Source: a virus (taxonomy: Duplodnaviria > Caudoviricetes). Taken from it: a stretch of 53,228 nucleotides of DNA. The notes under the pieces were generated by a model. That model worked only from the letters and a program-made list of their open reading frames with translations. It did no database searches and was not told the origin of the DNA. The stretch spans positions 1 to 53,228 of the IMG/VR virus record IMGVR_UViG_3300048029_000117; one strand, written 5' to 3'. Positions 1-8,579 of this stretch are shown piece by piece. The translations under genes were made by a program, and so were the position numbers. Position 1 is the stretch's first letter; each line of letters begins with the position of its first letter.

Positions 1-1
1 A

Positions 2-436
2 TATAATGATGATGATAGATTTATTAAGTTTAGAAAAGTCGCAGAATGGTTTGAATTAGATAAAACTAAAAATCAAACATGGAAGTTTCATGACCAAAAA
101 CCAAATCAACAGTTAATGTTTCATATCGATAATTTACCAGGTGAACCAAGAAAAGAAAGAATTGAAAGTAAAGAATTTAAATATGCTAGAGACAAAACAA
201 GATTTCTAGTTTTTCTTGAAGATTGGGAACCAGGGCAGATATTTCAATTTGGTAATCATATACATACACAATGGAAAGCAGGAGAAGTTGTCACTTGGGA
301 GTGGTCAACTTTACCACATGCAACATGGAATGGTTCATGGAAAAAAAGACCTGCACTACAAATTACAGGTACTGCAACTGCAAAGACTTGGCAAAAAATA
401 AAAGAAGGAGACAAAAAATGCACCCTGGTTCACTAA
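2..436 (+). CDS. 5'-truncated 2OG-Fe(II) oxygenase-like protein (Asp/Asn beta-hydroxylase-like)
   Basis: The frame is open from position 2. HxD motif (FHID), distal His (LPHATWNG) and a downstream Arg match a DSBH dioxygenase pattern. Confidence 0.6.
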   Translation, partial: YNDDDRFIKFRKVAEWFELDKTKNQTWKFHDQKPNQQLMFHIDNLPGEPRKERIESKEFKYARDKTRFLVFLEDWEPGQIFQFGNHIHTQWKAGEVVTWEWSTLPHATWNGSWKKRPALQITGTATAKTWQKIKEGDKKCTLVH

Positions 437-969
437 AAAATATGGAATGGATGGTTGAAAAACTAGCACCATACTTAGAAAAAGAAAATGACATTCTAGA
501 TGTAGGTGGTGGTGGTAAACTAGAAAGAAGTTACAAAGAAATATGGACAAAATATACTAAAGACTATTATGTTGCAGATATAGTAGATGCACCAAGTGTA
601 ACTCATTTTATGGAACACAGATATTACATACCAGCAGAGAGTGAAACATTTGATGTCGTTGTTTCAGGACAATGTTTAGAGCATGTTGCAAATCCATTTA
701 AGATGTTTGATGAAATGTGTCGTGTTTTAAAAACAAATGGCATCATTATTATCATAGTACCAAGTGCAGGACCTAGACACGATGTAAAAGACCATTGGAG
801 ATTTATGGACGATGCATTTGAAGGTATTGTCGAAGATTCTAAATACGAAATAAAAGTTATTGAAGATTATATTGATACTTTTCATTCAGGTGACCAAAGG
901 TCAGGTAAATGGAGAGACCACATATTTGTTGGACAGAAATTAGAAGACTACATAGAAGTGAAAGTATGA
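418..969 (+). CDS. Class I SAM-dependent methyltransferase
   Basis: ILDVGGG motif I and FDVVVSGQCLEHV. ATG at 418 with an AGGAG SD upstream, so it is shorter than the ORF-track call. Confidence 0.85.
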   Translation: MHPGSLKNMEWMVEKLAPYLEKENDILDVGGGGKLERSYKEIWTKYTKDYYVADIVDAPSVTHFMEHRYYIPAESETFDVVVSGQCLEHVANPFKMFDEMCRVLKTNGIIIIIVPSAGPRHDVKDHWRFMDDAFEGIVEDSKYEIKVIEDYIDTFHSGDQRSGKWRDHIFVGQKLEDYIEVKV

Positions 970-1694
970 TAAAAGGTTATATTATAACAATGGTGAACAA
1001 TCACGAATCTACGTTAGCAAGTAGACAGGTAATAGGTTCTATCAAGCAAACAAAGTCTGAAATAGACCCATTAATCTTTCCTGCGACTACACCAGATACT
1101 GTCCAACAAGATTTAAAAAAGATAACGAGTATAGATGCACAGTGGTTAAAATATAGTTATCCACAAGTCGGTGAGAAGTATGACATAGCAACTGGACTAA
1201 GACTTCGTGCATATGAGACTGGTAATATACAAAATAGAATTGCCTGCATGGTATCACATATGAGACTTTGGCAAGAATGTATTGACTTAGGAGATAAGAT
1301 TATTATACTAGAACACGATGCACTTTTTACTCGACAGTTTATTGAAAACGATATTGATAAAAGTCACAAATGGAGAGGTGAAGTTGTTGGTCTAAATGAC
1401 CCTAGGGGCATGACTCGTAAATCACAGGTGTATCACGACTTAGTATCAAAACAACAAGGCGTACAAGACGTGCCTTATGTTGATGAATCAAAAGACTATC
1501 CCCAGGGTCTTGCAGGTAATTCTGCATACATTATGACACCAAAAACTGCAGAACAGTTATTGATTAAAACAAAAGAGATTGGTATGTGGCCAAATGATGC
1601 GATAATGTGCAAACAATTGTTTCCATCTTTACAAGTTGTTTATCCTTATTACACTACCATACAACAAGGACTAAAGAGTACAACAACTCAATGA
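966..1694 (+). CDS. Glycosyltransferase family 25
   Basis: Motifs IACMVSHMRLW, IILEHDALF, GNSAYIMTP..A..L and PND. ATGA overlap with the upstream gene. Confidence 0.85.
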   Translation: MIKGYIITMVNNHESTLASRQVIGSIKQTKSEIDPLIFPATTPDTVQQDLKKITSIDAQWLKYSYPQVGEKYDIATGLRLRAYETGNIQNRIACMVSHMRLWQECIDLGDKIIILEHDALFTRQFIENDIDKSHKWRGEVVGLNDPRGMTRKSQVYHDLVSKQQGVQDVPYVDESKDYPQGLAGNSAYIMTPKTAEQLLIKTKEIGMWPNDAIMCKQLFPSLQVVYPYYTTIQQGLKSTTTQ

Positions 1695-2350
1695 AATATA
1701 ATATGAAAGCATTTGTTATCACTATAATGAATCACCAAGGCAGTCTAGAGACTTCTTGGAGATGCATCGAATCTGGTTATAAGTATGACTTAGACATAAA
1801 AAGATTCGAAGCAATCACACCGAGAGACGAACCACTAACGTTTTTAGAACAAGAAGGTATACCAAGAGAAGGTTTTGAAGAACAATACTCTCGTAATTTA
1901 AATTGTATATCTGCATTTTGTTCGCATTACTCTTTGTGGCAGAAGTGTGTAGAGTTAGATGAAGAGATACTTATCTTTGAACACGATGCAGTATTAACTG
2001 CACCTATACCAAACGTACCATATACTTTTATCTGTAGTTTTGGTAAACCTAGTTATGGTAACTTTAATATACCACAAACATTAGGTCTAAATCCGTTAAC
2101 TAGTAAAAGATATTTTCCTGGCGCACATGCATATGGTATCAAACCCGCAGGTGCAAAATTACTGATTGACCAAGCAAAGATAGATGCTGGACCAACTGAC
2201 ACGTTCTTACATCTAGATAGATTTAACTTTCTTCAAGAATACTATCCATGGCCTGCAGAAGCAAGAGATAACTTTACAACTATTCAGAACGTTAATGGTT
2301 GTCTTGCTAAACACAATTACAACGAAAACTACGAAGTGTCCGATGTCTAA
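1691..2350 (+). CDS. Glycosyltransferase family 25
   Basis: Motifs SAFCSHYSLW, LIFEHDAVL and GAHAYGIKPAGAKLL. Paralogue of the preceding gene. Confidence 0.85.
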   Translation: MKYNMKAFVITIMNHQGSLETSWRCIESGYKYDLDIKRFEAITPRDEPLTFLEQEGIPREGFEEQYSRNLNCISAFCSHYSLWQKCVELDEEILIFEHDAVLTAPIPNVPYTFICSFGKPSYGNFNIPQTLGLNPLTSKRYFPGAHAYGIKPAGAKLLIDQAKIDAGPTDTFLHLDRFNFLQEYYPWPAEARDNFTTIQNVNGCLAKHNYNENYEVSDV

Positions 2351-2990
2351 TGTTTTTGTAACAGGGTGTGACCACAATACAGAATGGCAATTACCCTGGT
2401 TTATTAAAAACTTTAAAAAATTTAATACTACAGAATTAGTTATTGCTGACTTTGGCATGATGAATTACCCTGATGGTGATTTTACTTACATCGACATGTC
2501 ACAAAACAAAGCAGAAGGTTGGTTTAAAAAACCTTCTAGTCTTATCAAAGTCGCTGAACTAGGTTATAGCAAAGTTTGTTGGTTAGATACAGACTGTCAA
2601 GTGTTAGAAGATATCTCGGATATATTTAATTATGCTGAATCAGATAAACTTGGTATGATAGAAGACAGACCATGGAGTAAAAGAAGACCAGAAATGGGTG
2701 CATGGTATAATAGTGGTGTTATTTTGATTCAGGGCATACCATTAGTACTTCGAGACTGGGAAAAACAATGTATCGAAAACCCACAACAAGGTGACCAAGA
2801 AGTTTTATATTTAATGATGGAAGGTAATGCAATCAAAAAACTTGGTGCAATTAATCCTTTACCACATGAATACAATACGTTACGCCTAGACTACATAGAT
2901 AACATAGACGTAAAAAACCCAAAAATAATACATCATACAGGAAAGAAAGGAGACGATGTTATCAAGGAGCAAATAAATGCACGAGTATAA
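2343..2990 (+). CDS. GT-A glycosyltransferase (GT8-like / nucleotide-diphospho-sugar transferase)
   Basis: WLDTDC DxD motif, YNSGVI, GDQEVL, YN and IIHHTG. Confidence 0.75.
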   Translation: MSNVFVTGCDHNTEWQLPWFIKNFKKFNTTELVIADFGMMNYPDGDFTYIDMSQNKAEGWFKKPSSLIKVAELGYSKVCWLDTDCQVLEDISDIFNYAESDKLGMIEDRPWSKRRPEMGAWYNSGVILIQGIPLVLRDWEKQCIENPQQGDQEVLYLMMEGNAIKKLGAINPLPHEYNTLRLDYIDNIDVKNPKIIHHTGKKGDDVIKEQINARV

Positions 2991-3399
2991 AGTAAATGTT
3001 TTAAGAGTCGTTGATGGAGATACTGTTGATGTTGATATAGACTTAGGTTTTTCTACTTGGTTAAAAAAGCAGAGAATAAGACTATATGGTATTGATACAC
3101 CAGAAACCAGAACGAGAGACTTAGACGAAAAGAAGTATGGTAAAATGGCAACTAATTTTTTATCAGATACAATCAAAGATGCAGAAGTTGTCGCATTACG
3201 TACATACAAAGATAAGAAAGGTAAGTATGGTAGAATACTTGGCGAAATCATTTGTGATGGAGTAAATATGAATCAAGTCATGGTTGAAACTCACCTTGCA
3301 GTTGCATATTTTGGCCAATCAAAAGAAGATGTTGCAGAACAACACTTGCAAAACAGAGAACTTATTGACCATAAGACTTTATTCGGATATAATGAATGA
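2977..3399 (+). CDS. Thermonuclease (SNase-like)
   Basis: Motifs RVVDGDTVDV, IRLYGIDTPE and GKYGRILG. Confidence 0.92.
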   Translation: MHEYKVNVLRVVDGDTVDVDIDLGFSTWLKKQRIRLYGIDTPETRTRDLDEKKYGKMATNFLSDTIKDAEVVALRTYKDKKGKYGRILGEIICDGVNMNQVMVETHLAVAYFGQSKEDVAEQHLQNRELIDHKTLFGYNE

Positions 3400-4028
3400 C
3401 AAAAAGAATTAACATTCTGGGTAATGGCAATCATGCTGGTCTTTTTCAGAGAGGTTCGCCTGGGACTTTACTTATTTGTAACATGCCTCCCATGGAAATA
3501 CCACCAGAAGAAGTATATGCAACATGCATGGTAGATTACAAAATGATGAAAGCACTTCAAGAAGGTAAGTTTGCTCTTGACCAATATGACTGGATTCTTG
3601 GCACTAGACCAAGACATTGGATGGAGATGCAAGGTAGTTTCTATTTAAAGTATTCTCATAAAGTAAGAGGTTTCTATCCACACGTTCCTAAGTATGCTGG
3701 TAATGCCACAAACTTTAACTGTGGACATTTTGCAGTTCATTATGCATGTAATAAAATGAATGCAGATGAAGTTCATATTTATGGGTTTGATTCTATCTTT
3801 GAAATGGACATTACATCTTGGACAGACACAATTCTAGAGTCTGATAGAAGCACAGAAAATACTGTCAGACTCGCCAACAATTGGCGTCCAATATGGACCG
3901 AAATGTTCAAAGAATTTCCAGATACTACTTTCTTCTTGTATCATACTCACAATAATATAAAGATTCCGATACAATCAGATAATGTAGAAATTGTTGTCAC
4001 AACAAGTAAAGAATCAAAGCAAGTTTAA
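3396..4028 (+). CDS. MAF_flag10/GT29-like protein (putative sugar transferase)
   Basis: N-terminal ILGNG and C-terminal NCGHFAVHYA...EVHIYGFD resemble the MAF/sialyltransferase-like fold. Confidence 0.5.
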   Translation: MTKRINILGNGNHAGLFQRGSPGTLLICNMPPMEIPPEEVYATCMVDYKMMKALQEGKFALDQYDWILGTRPRHWMEMQGSFYLKYSHKVRGFYPHVPKYAGNATNFNCGHFAVHYACNKMNADEVHIYGFDSIFEMDITSWTDTILESDRSTENTVRLANNWRPIWTEMFKEFPDTTFFLYHTHNNIKIPIQSDNVEIVVTTSKESKQV

Positions 4029-4047
4029 TTCTTTCTTGTCCATAGTC

Positions 4048-4215
4048 CTAGTACATCGAAAGATGCATGATAACAAACGGTATAGAAATAGGTGCGGTTA
4101 AGAATGCTACGAATTTACAGACTTCACAGACATGGCACACGGTGTCATTATCTTTTAGGTTTTCAATTTTTTGCACTACAATCTTCGCACCAACTCTTAG
4201 TTGTGCAGTAGTCAT
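4048..4215 (-). CDS. 55-aa small membrane protein with CxxCxxC
   Basis: Own translation: MTTAQLRVGAKIVVQKIENLKDNDTVCHVCEVCKFVAFLTAPISIPFVIMHLSMY. AGAGGA SD and a minus-strand TATAAATA at 4258-4265. Confidence 0.7.
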   Translation of the reverse strand: MTTAQLRVGAKIVVQKIENLKDNDTVCHVCEVCKFVAFLTAPISIPFVIMHLSMY

Positions 4216-4308
4216 AGTGACTTTCCTCTTATTACTTTACGTTATAAAAAACACGAATATTTATAATATAAATATCGTTGACATTAGTATATATAAGAAT
4301 CTTATTTT

Positions 4309-5403
4309 CTACCAGATTTTGATTATATCTGACCAATCATTTTTGTTTACCATATCAGATAAGTTTTTGTGTTGAAGTTTAAATGTCTCTTCTATACCAA
4401 CTTTATCAAATAAATCATGAACACTTACCTTCTCGCCATTTGAATCAACTGTGTCCCAAACAATTGGATTTATTACTCCTCTTCTGATTCTATGAGGAGT
4501 GTGATTTCCTTCAGGGTCTGCATCTGTATCAAATACTCTTCTTCCTTTATTTAAAGTACTTAAAGATACTGCGCCGTCACCTTTTCTACTTACTAAACTA
4601 GACTGAATTACTTTTTCAAAGTTTGTTATTCCTTCTGGATTTTCTGGTATATCGCTAGTAATACCTCGATAAGTCATTAAACCTTGCTCTAAAGACCTAT
4701 TCATCGGTCCACGAGGAGTATAAACATCTTGAAGAACAAAGTCAGGTTTACAATAATGTGCAAAGTCTCGTTTAATATCAGATGCTTTATATGTCATACC
4801 TTCTTCGGGTCTATCGTGATTAAGTAATACAACTGCATCAAATTTAATATCTGAAGGAACATTAATACTATAACCACTAAAAACATTTTCGCCAAGAGTA
4901 TATGGTTTTGATGAACTAAGCATTTTTACTTTATATCGTGAGTACAAATAGTGAAATAGACTATCACCAGGAGGCATTGCCACATGTAAATTTAAAGGAC
5001 AATTTAACAGTTTTTGCCAAACAAGACTAAAGTGCTGAACTAAAGTGTGTGTTGGACAGAAACTATCTGTTCTTGTATCTAAAAATGGTATTGTTGTAAA
5101 GTCTCTATCGTATAAATGATTGTGTTTTCTATCATTCCAGTTTGGTATGACTAAGATATTATTTCCACCAATAGTGTTTGCTAAAGATAATAACATGTAA
5201 TGTGGAATTTGACCACCTCTAAACATAACTCTAGCAACTATCTGATTTGGTATAACTTGTGGGTCTAACCAAGATGCATTATGTTTACAGTAATATTCTA
5301 AATGTGTATTTAATATATCTGTTTCAAAACTTATGGCATCTAATGAAAGATATTGGAAACTGAACTCGTCTCCATCAAAGTTATTCATTACCGATATTTT
5401 CAT
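4309..5403 (-). CDS. Hypothetical protein (364 aa)
   Basis: Long ORF. The likely start is ATG 5403, directly after the upstream gene's stop. Confidence 0.75.
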   Translation of the reverse strand: MKISVMNNFDGDEFSFQYLSLDAISFETDILNTHLEYYCKHNASWLDPQVIPNQIVARVMFRGGQIPHYMLLSLANTIGGNNILVIPNWNDRKHNHLYDRDFTTIPFLDTRTDSFCPTHTLVQHFSLVWQKLLNCPLNLHVAMPPGDSLFHYLYSRYKVKMLSSSKPYTLGENVFSGYSINVPSDIKFDAVVLLNHDRPEEGMTYKASDIKRDFAHYCKPDFVLQDVYTPRGPMNRSLEQGLMTYRGITSDIPENPEGITNFEKVIQSSLVSRKGDGAVSLSTLNKGRRVFDTDADPEGNHTPHRIRRGVINPIVWDTVDSNGEKVSVHDLFDKVGIEETFKLQHKNLSDMVNKNDWSDIIKIW

Positions 5404-5404
5404 A

Positions 5405-5668
5405 TTAACCTTTGTATATTTTTTGAATATGGTCCTCAAATGCCTCAATCTTTTCTAAACGATTTGGCCATTTAATTAATTCTTTTTCAGGGTTTGCTTT
5501 TAAATTATTAAGTAATGGTTGTATTGCACCAAATAGTTTATCAAGTTTTTCTTGAGTTGCTTCTACACTCGATGAGGTTTCAGATACTTTTTTTTCAATC
5601 TCTTGTACTGTATCGAGTTCGTCTTCATCTACTAACGTAAATCCAAAATCAAATATTTCGTCTGCCAT
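5405..5668 (-). CDS. Hypothetical protein (87 aa, coiled-coil)
   Basis: ORF with AAGGT SD; starts FDFGFT and ends I.WPNR. Confidence 0.8.
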   Translation of the reverse strand: MADEIFDFGFTLVDEDELDTVQEIEKKVSETSSSVEATQEKLDKLFGAIQPLLNNLKANPEKELIKWPNRLEKIEAFEDHIQKIYKG

Positions 5669-5672
5669 AATA

Positions 5673-5801
5673 TTACCTTGTCCATTTATTTATATATCGG
5701 ATTATTGTATATACAATCAATCCACCTACCACATAAATTATACCTTCAACCCAACCAGTGTTAGTTAATAGTTGTTCTAATGCACTAAAATCTATGTCCA
5801 T
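5673..5801 (-). CDS. 42-aa single-TM membrane protein
   Basis: Own translation: MDIDFSALEQLLTNTGWVEGIIYVVGGLIVYTIIRYINKWTR. AAGGAG SD and a late promoter upstream. Confidence 0.75.
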   Translation of the reverse strand: MDIDFSALEQLLTNTGWVEGIIYVVGGLIVYTIIRYINKWTR

Positions 5802-5822
5802 GTTTCTCTCCTTTGATGTATC

Positions 5823-5830
5823 TATTTATA
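5823..5830 (-). promoter_or_regulatory. T4-type late promoter TATAAATA
   Basis: Exact consensus upstream of the minus-strand operon 5801-4309. Confidence 0.75.
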
Positions 5831-5831
5831 C

Positions 5832-5860
5832 TTGACATTATCTGTATGACCATGTATAAT
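5832..5860 (+). promoter_or_regulatory. sigma70-type early promoter
   Basis: TTGACA-17 bp-TATAAT, perfect consensus. Confidence 0.85.
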
Positions 5861-5868
5861 TATGAACA

Positions 5869-6225
5869 ATGACTCAAATATTTAATAGAGGTGGTTCTCT
5901 ACGATACGACATGAAGGGTAAAAAACGTAAGAATCATCTAGCAAATCCAGTCAAAAAACCCACTAGAGTACTCGCAAAACAGAAAGAAGTATCTCCAGAA
6001 GTATTAAAAGAAGTCAAAAGAAAACAAGAAGAACGAGAACTTGCAAAGCAAGATTTCTTTGAAAGACTTAAAAAGTCAGTAGGTAATACTGCTAAACAAG
6101 AAACAAAAGTATATTCTGGTGAGAGAAAACTTATGGGCATCGCAACGATGCATAAGTCTAATGCAGTACCAGTATTCGAAGATGATAAAAAACTTGCAAA
6201 AGATATCGCAAAAATGCGAAGATAA
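5869..6225 (+). CDS. Hypothetical basic early protein
   Basis: ORF directly after the early promoter; C-terminal GIATMHKSNAVPVF. Confidence 0.8.
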   Translation: MTQIFNRGGSLRYDMKGKKRKNHLANPVKKPTRVLAKQKEVSPEVLKEVKRKQEERELAKQDFFERLKKSVGNTAKQETKVYSGERKLMGIATMHKSNAVPVFEDDKKLAKDIAKMRR

Positions 6226-6228
6226 GGG

Positions 6229-6257
6229 TTGACAAATGTTGTTAGTCTTGTTATAAT
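6229..6257 (+). promoter_or_regulatory. sigma70-type early promoter
   Basis: TTGACA-17 bp-TATAAT. Confidence 0.85.
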
Positions 6258-6282
6258 AACAACATAAATTAGAGAGGTAAAA

Positions 6283-6474
6283 ATGTCAAATCAATTTAAC
6301 GAAGCAATCAAAGACAACATTGAAATGCAAGTCTTGAGTGCAAATTATACAATCGAAGAATTATTAGATGAACTTCAAATGACTTATCAAGAAGCAATTG
6401 AAGAAGGGTTTGATTACGATAAGTTATTAGATTTATTAATTGAAAAGAGATTCGATGAATCTCCACAACTTTAA
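6283..6474 (+). CDS. Hypothetical acidic early protein
   Basis: GAGAGGT SD; follows the promoter. Confidence 0.8.
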   Translation: MSNQFNEAIKDNIEMQVLSANYTIEELLDELQMTYQEAIEEGFDYDKLLDLLIEKRFDESPQL

Positions 6475-6493
6475 CAGAGATAGAGAGGTAAAT

Positions 6494-6913
6494 ATGTCAG
6501 TTAGTTATAGAGAAAGAAAGTTATCAAAAGTACTTAATCTTTTGAAAGGCGAAAAAGAGAAAGAATATTTTCTTTCACTTTATAATAGTCTACCAGCAAT
6601 ATCTAAAACATATATGAAAGATGCTTTAGCATTTCAAGTATATGAAAGATTTCAAAACGAAGAACTTGACTCTTTGGGTTATGGTATTCTTAGTGATTTT
6701 TCTCCACAAACAGATATCATTGAATCATTTTATTACGAATGCAGAGATAAAACTGATTTTGTAAAATCATTTCATTCTGCAATCACTAGATTAATTTGGA
6801 GAGAAAGACTTGAGAATCATAAAGCATTTTATCTTTATGATAGTAATTCTCCAATGTTGTTTCAAGAACGACATGGTTTACATGCTAAATCTGTAAAAGA
6901 AGGTGCATCATGA
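6494..6913 (+). CDS. Hypothetical early protein
   Basis: GAGAGGT SD before ATG 6494. Confidence 0.75.
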   Translation: MSVSYRERKLSKVLNLLKGEKEKEYFLSLYNSLPAISKTYMKDALAFQVYERFQNEELDSLGYGILSDFSPQTDIIESFYYECRDKTDFVKSFHSAITRLIWRERLENHKAFYLYDSNSPMLFQERHGLHAKSVKEGAS

Positions 6914-7476
6914 TTGACGGTGTAAATTTGACAGATTGTAAAACATTAGAAGAATACTGCGAAAAGAAAACTGCAGAATACAAAGCAAATGGTTGGTCAA
7001 CAGTCAGTTGTCAAATAGAATTTTACAACGATGCTGGTGTGTATACTCTTGAAGATGCCATCAAATGGGAACTTTATGGTACGTATTCAGACATACATAA
7101 AGATGCTCGTGGGTTTAGACCTAGATTTAACTTTTTAGAGTATACTGTAAACGAACTTGAAGAAATGATTGACGATGTTTCAGAAGAAGCAAAAGAAATT
7201 GCAGAAATGGAACGAAGAGAAGAAAGACGTGCATGGGTAAATCTTAGAAAAGAAATTATTGACCATGCAGAGTATTTTAATATTTCTTTGAAAAAATCAT
7301 TAGAAGAAAATATCATAAAAGCAGATGTTATGTATGGTGACACTGGTCAAGTAGATTTAGGGTATTACTGTTATAAAAGAGGTATACCTTTTTCAAAGTA
7401 CAAGATTATTACTAAAGTCTTAGAGCAAAAAGTCGAAGAGAAATATGGTGATAAAATAGTAAACATAGAGGTGTGA
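6910..7476 (+). CDS. Hypothetical early protein
   Basis: ATGA overlap; contains YSDIHKDARGFRPR. Confidence 0.8.
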   Translation: MIDGVNLTDCKTLEEYCEKKTAEYKANGWSTVSCQIEFYNDAGVYTLEDAIKWELYGTYSDIHKDARGFRPRFNFLEYTVNELEEMIDDVSEEAKEIAEMERREERRAWVNLRKEIIDHAEYFNISLKKSLEENIIKADVMYGDTGQVDLGYYCYKRGIPFSKYKIITKVLEQKVEEKYGDKIVNIEV

Positions 7477-7480
7477 TAAT

Positions 7481-7666
7481 ATGAAACTTGTTTTAAAAAC
7501 ATACAAAGGTGATATCTTATCAAGGGTTGAACAAAAAGAACCCTTGTCAAAAAGATATTTAATTGAAAGAGAAAGTGGCGAAGTGATTCAGTTAAACTGT
7601 TATCATTATGGACCACATCAAGCAGAAGCAATATTGAGAGGTGAACCATGGGTTATACACAAGTAG
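7481..7666 (+). CDS. Hypothetical protein (61 aa)
   Basis: GAGGTG SD; tight packing with neighbours. Confidence 0.7.
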   Translation: MKLVLKTYKGDILSRVEQKEPLSKRYLIERESGEVIQLNCYHYGPHQAEAILRGEPWVIHK

Positions 7667-7668
7667 TC

Positions 7669-7697
7669 TTGACAATTTTTGTTTCATTGTATATAAT
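7669..7697 (+). promoter_or_regulatory. sigma70-type early promoter
   Basis: TTGACA-17 bp-TATAAT. Confidence 0.85.
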
Positions 7698-7727
7698 ACT
7701 ACTTTTAACATATATGGGTATAGTATA

Positions 7728-7961
7728 ATGATTATAATTGATTTATTAATAATTGGTGGTTTTATTGGTATTGGCATCATCATAGCATCTTTGATAGTTA
7801 AAGATGTACGAAAAAGTCTTAAAGTGAAAAAACATATTGATAATCTACCAGAAAAAAGAGAAGATAGACCAGGTGTTGCAATAAGTAATAAACCACCACT
7901 TACTGGTAAAGGTCAATTTGATAAACAAAGAACTACGTATACAGAAGGTGACAATACATGA
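7728..7961 (+). CDS. Small membrane-anchored protein
   Basis: N-terminal hydrophobic helix from ATG 7728; ATGA overlap with the next gene. Confidence 0.65.
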   Translation: MIIIDLLIIGGFIGIGIIIASLIVKDVRKSLKVKKHIDNLPEKREDRPGVAISNKPPLTGKGQFDKQRTTYTEGDNT

Positions 7962-8542
7962 ATGTTTTTTATTTAGACCACCACACACAGAGGTGTGCAA
8001 AGCAACATGTAGATAAACATGTTGTCAAAATGATAGTTGAGTATGCTCAGTTATTATCAACTGCTCACAGAGTTTTAGATGGTGAAGAATATGAAGGCAG
8101 AACTGCAAACAATCGCAGAATTCGTAGATTTAAAATGGCAGATTCAAACATAGAAAATACATTGTATAAAGCAAGTCATATTAATCACCCAAGTGCAATA
8201 TGGGTCAGACAGAGTTCTCAACATTATCGATGGTTGTATCGTTTGTTTATGTGGTTGTGTGTTGAATATACGTATCGATATGGTAAAATTCATTCTACAG
8301 AGAGATTACTAGGTAAATTACTAGGTAATATTCCTAAGAATATAAAAGACAATGGGTTCGTAGAACCTCCACAAGCAATGCCAGATTATTGTAAAATACC
8401 TGGTGATTCAATCAAAGCATATCAAAAATATTATGTTGAAGAAAAGATTGGGTTTGCAAAGTGGACTAAACGTGATATACCAAATTGGTTTGTCGCAGAA
8501 GCATATGCAGGATTTGGTGAACCCGCTGGTTATGCCAGTTAG
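7958..8542 (+). CDS. Pyrimidine dimer DNA glycosylase / endonuclease V family
   Basis: Motifs MNVFYLD, DKHVVKMIVEYAQLLSTAH, LYKASHINHPSAIWVR and PPQAMPD. Confidence 0.85.
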   Translation: MNVFYLDHHTQRCAKQHVDKHVVKMIVEYAQLLSTAHRVLDGEEYEGRTANNRRIRRFKMADSNIENTLYKASHINHPSAIWVRQSSQHYRWLYRLFMWLCVEYTYRYGKIHSTERLLGKLLGNIPKNIKDNGFVEPPQAMPDYCKIPGDSIKAYQKYYVEEKIGFAKWTKRDIPNWFVAEAYAGFGEPAGYAS

Positions 8543-8579
8543 GTTTTAATTTAAATGTCAAACATACGAGAGGTATAAA

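Noticed and set aside
4067-4375. 102-aa plus-strand ORF
   Set aside because: It overlaps the better-supported minus-strand 55-aa ORF, its promoter region and the end of the 4309 gene, and has no SD.
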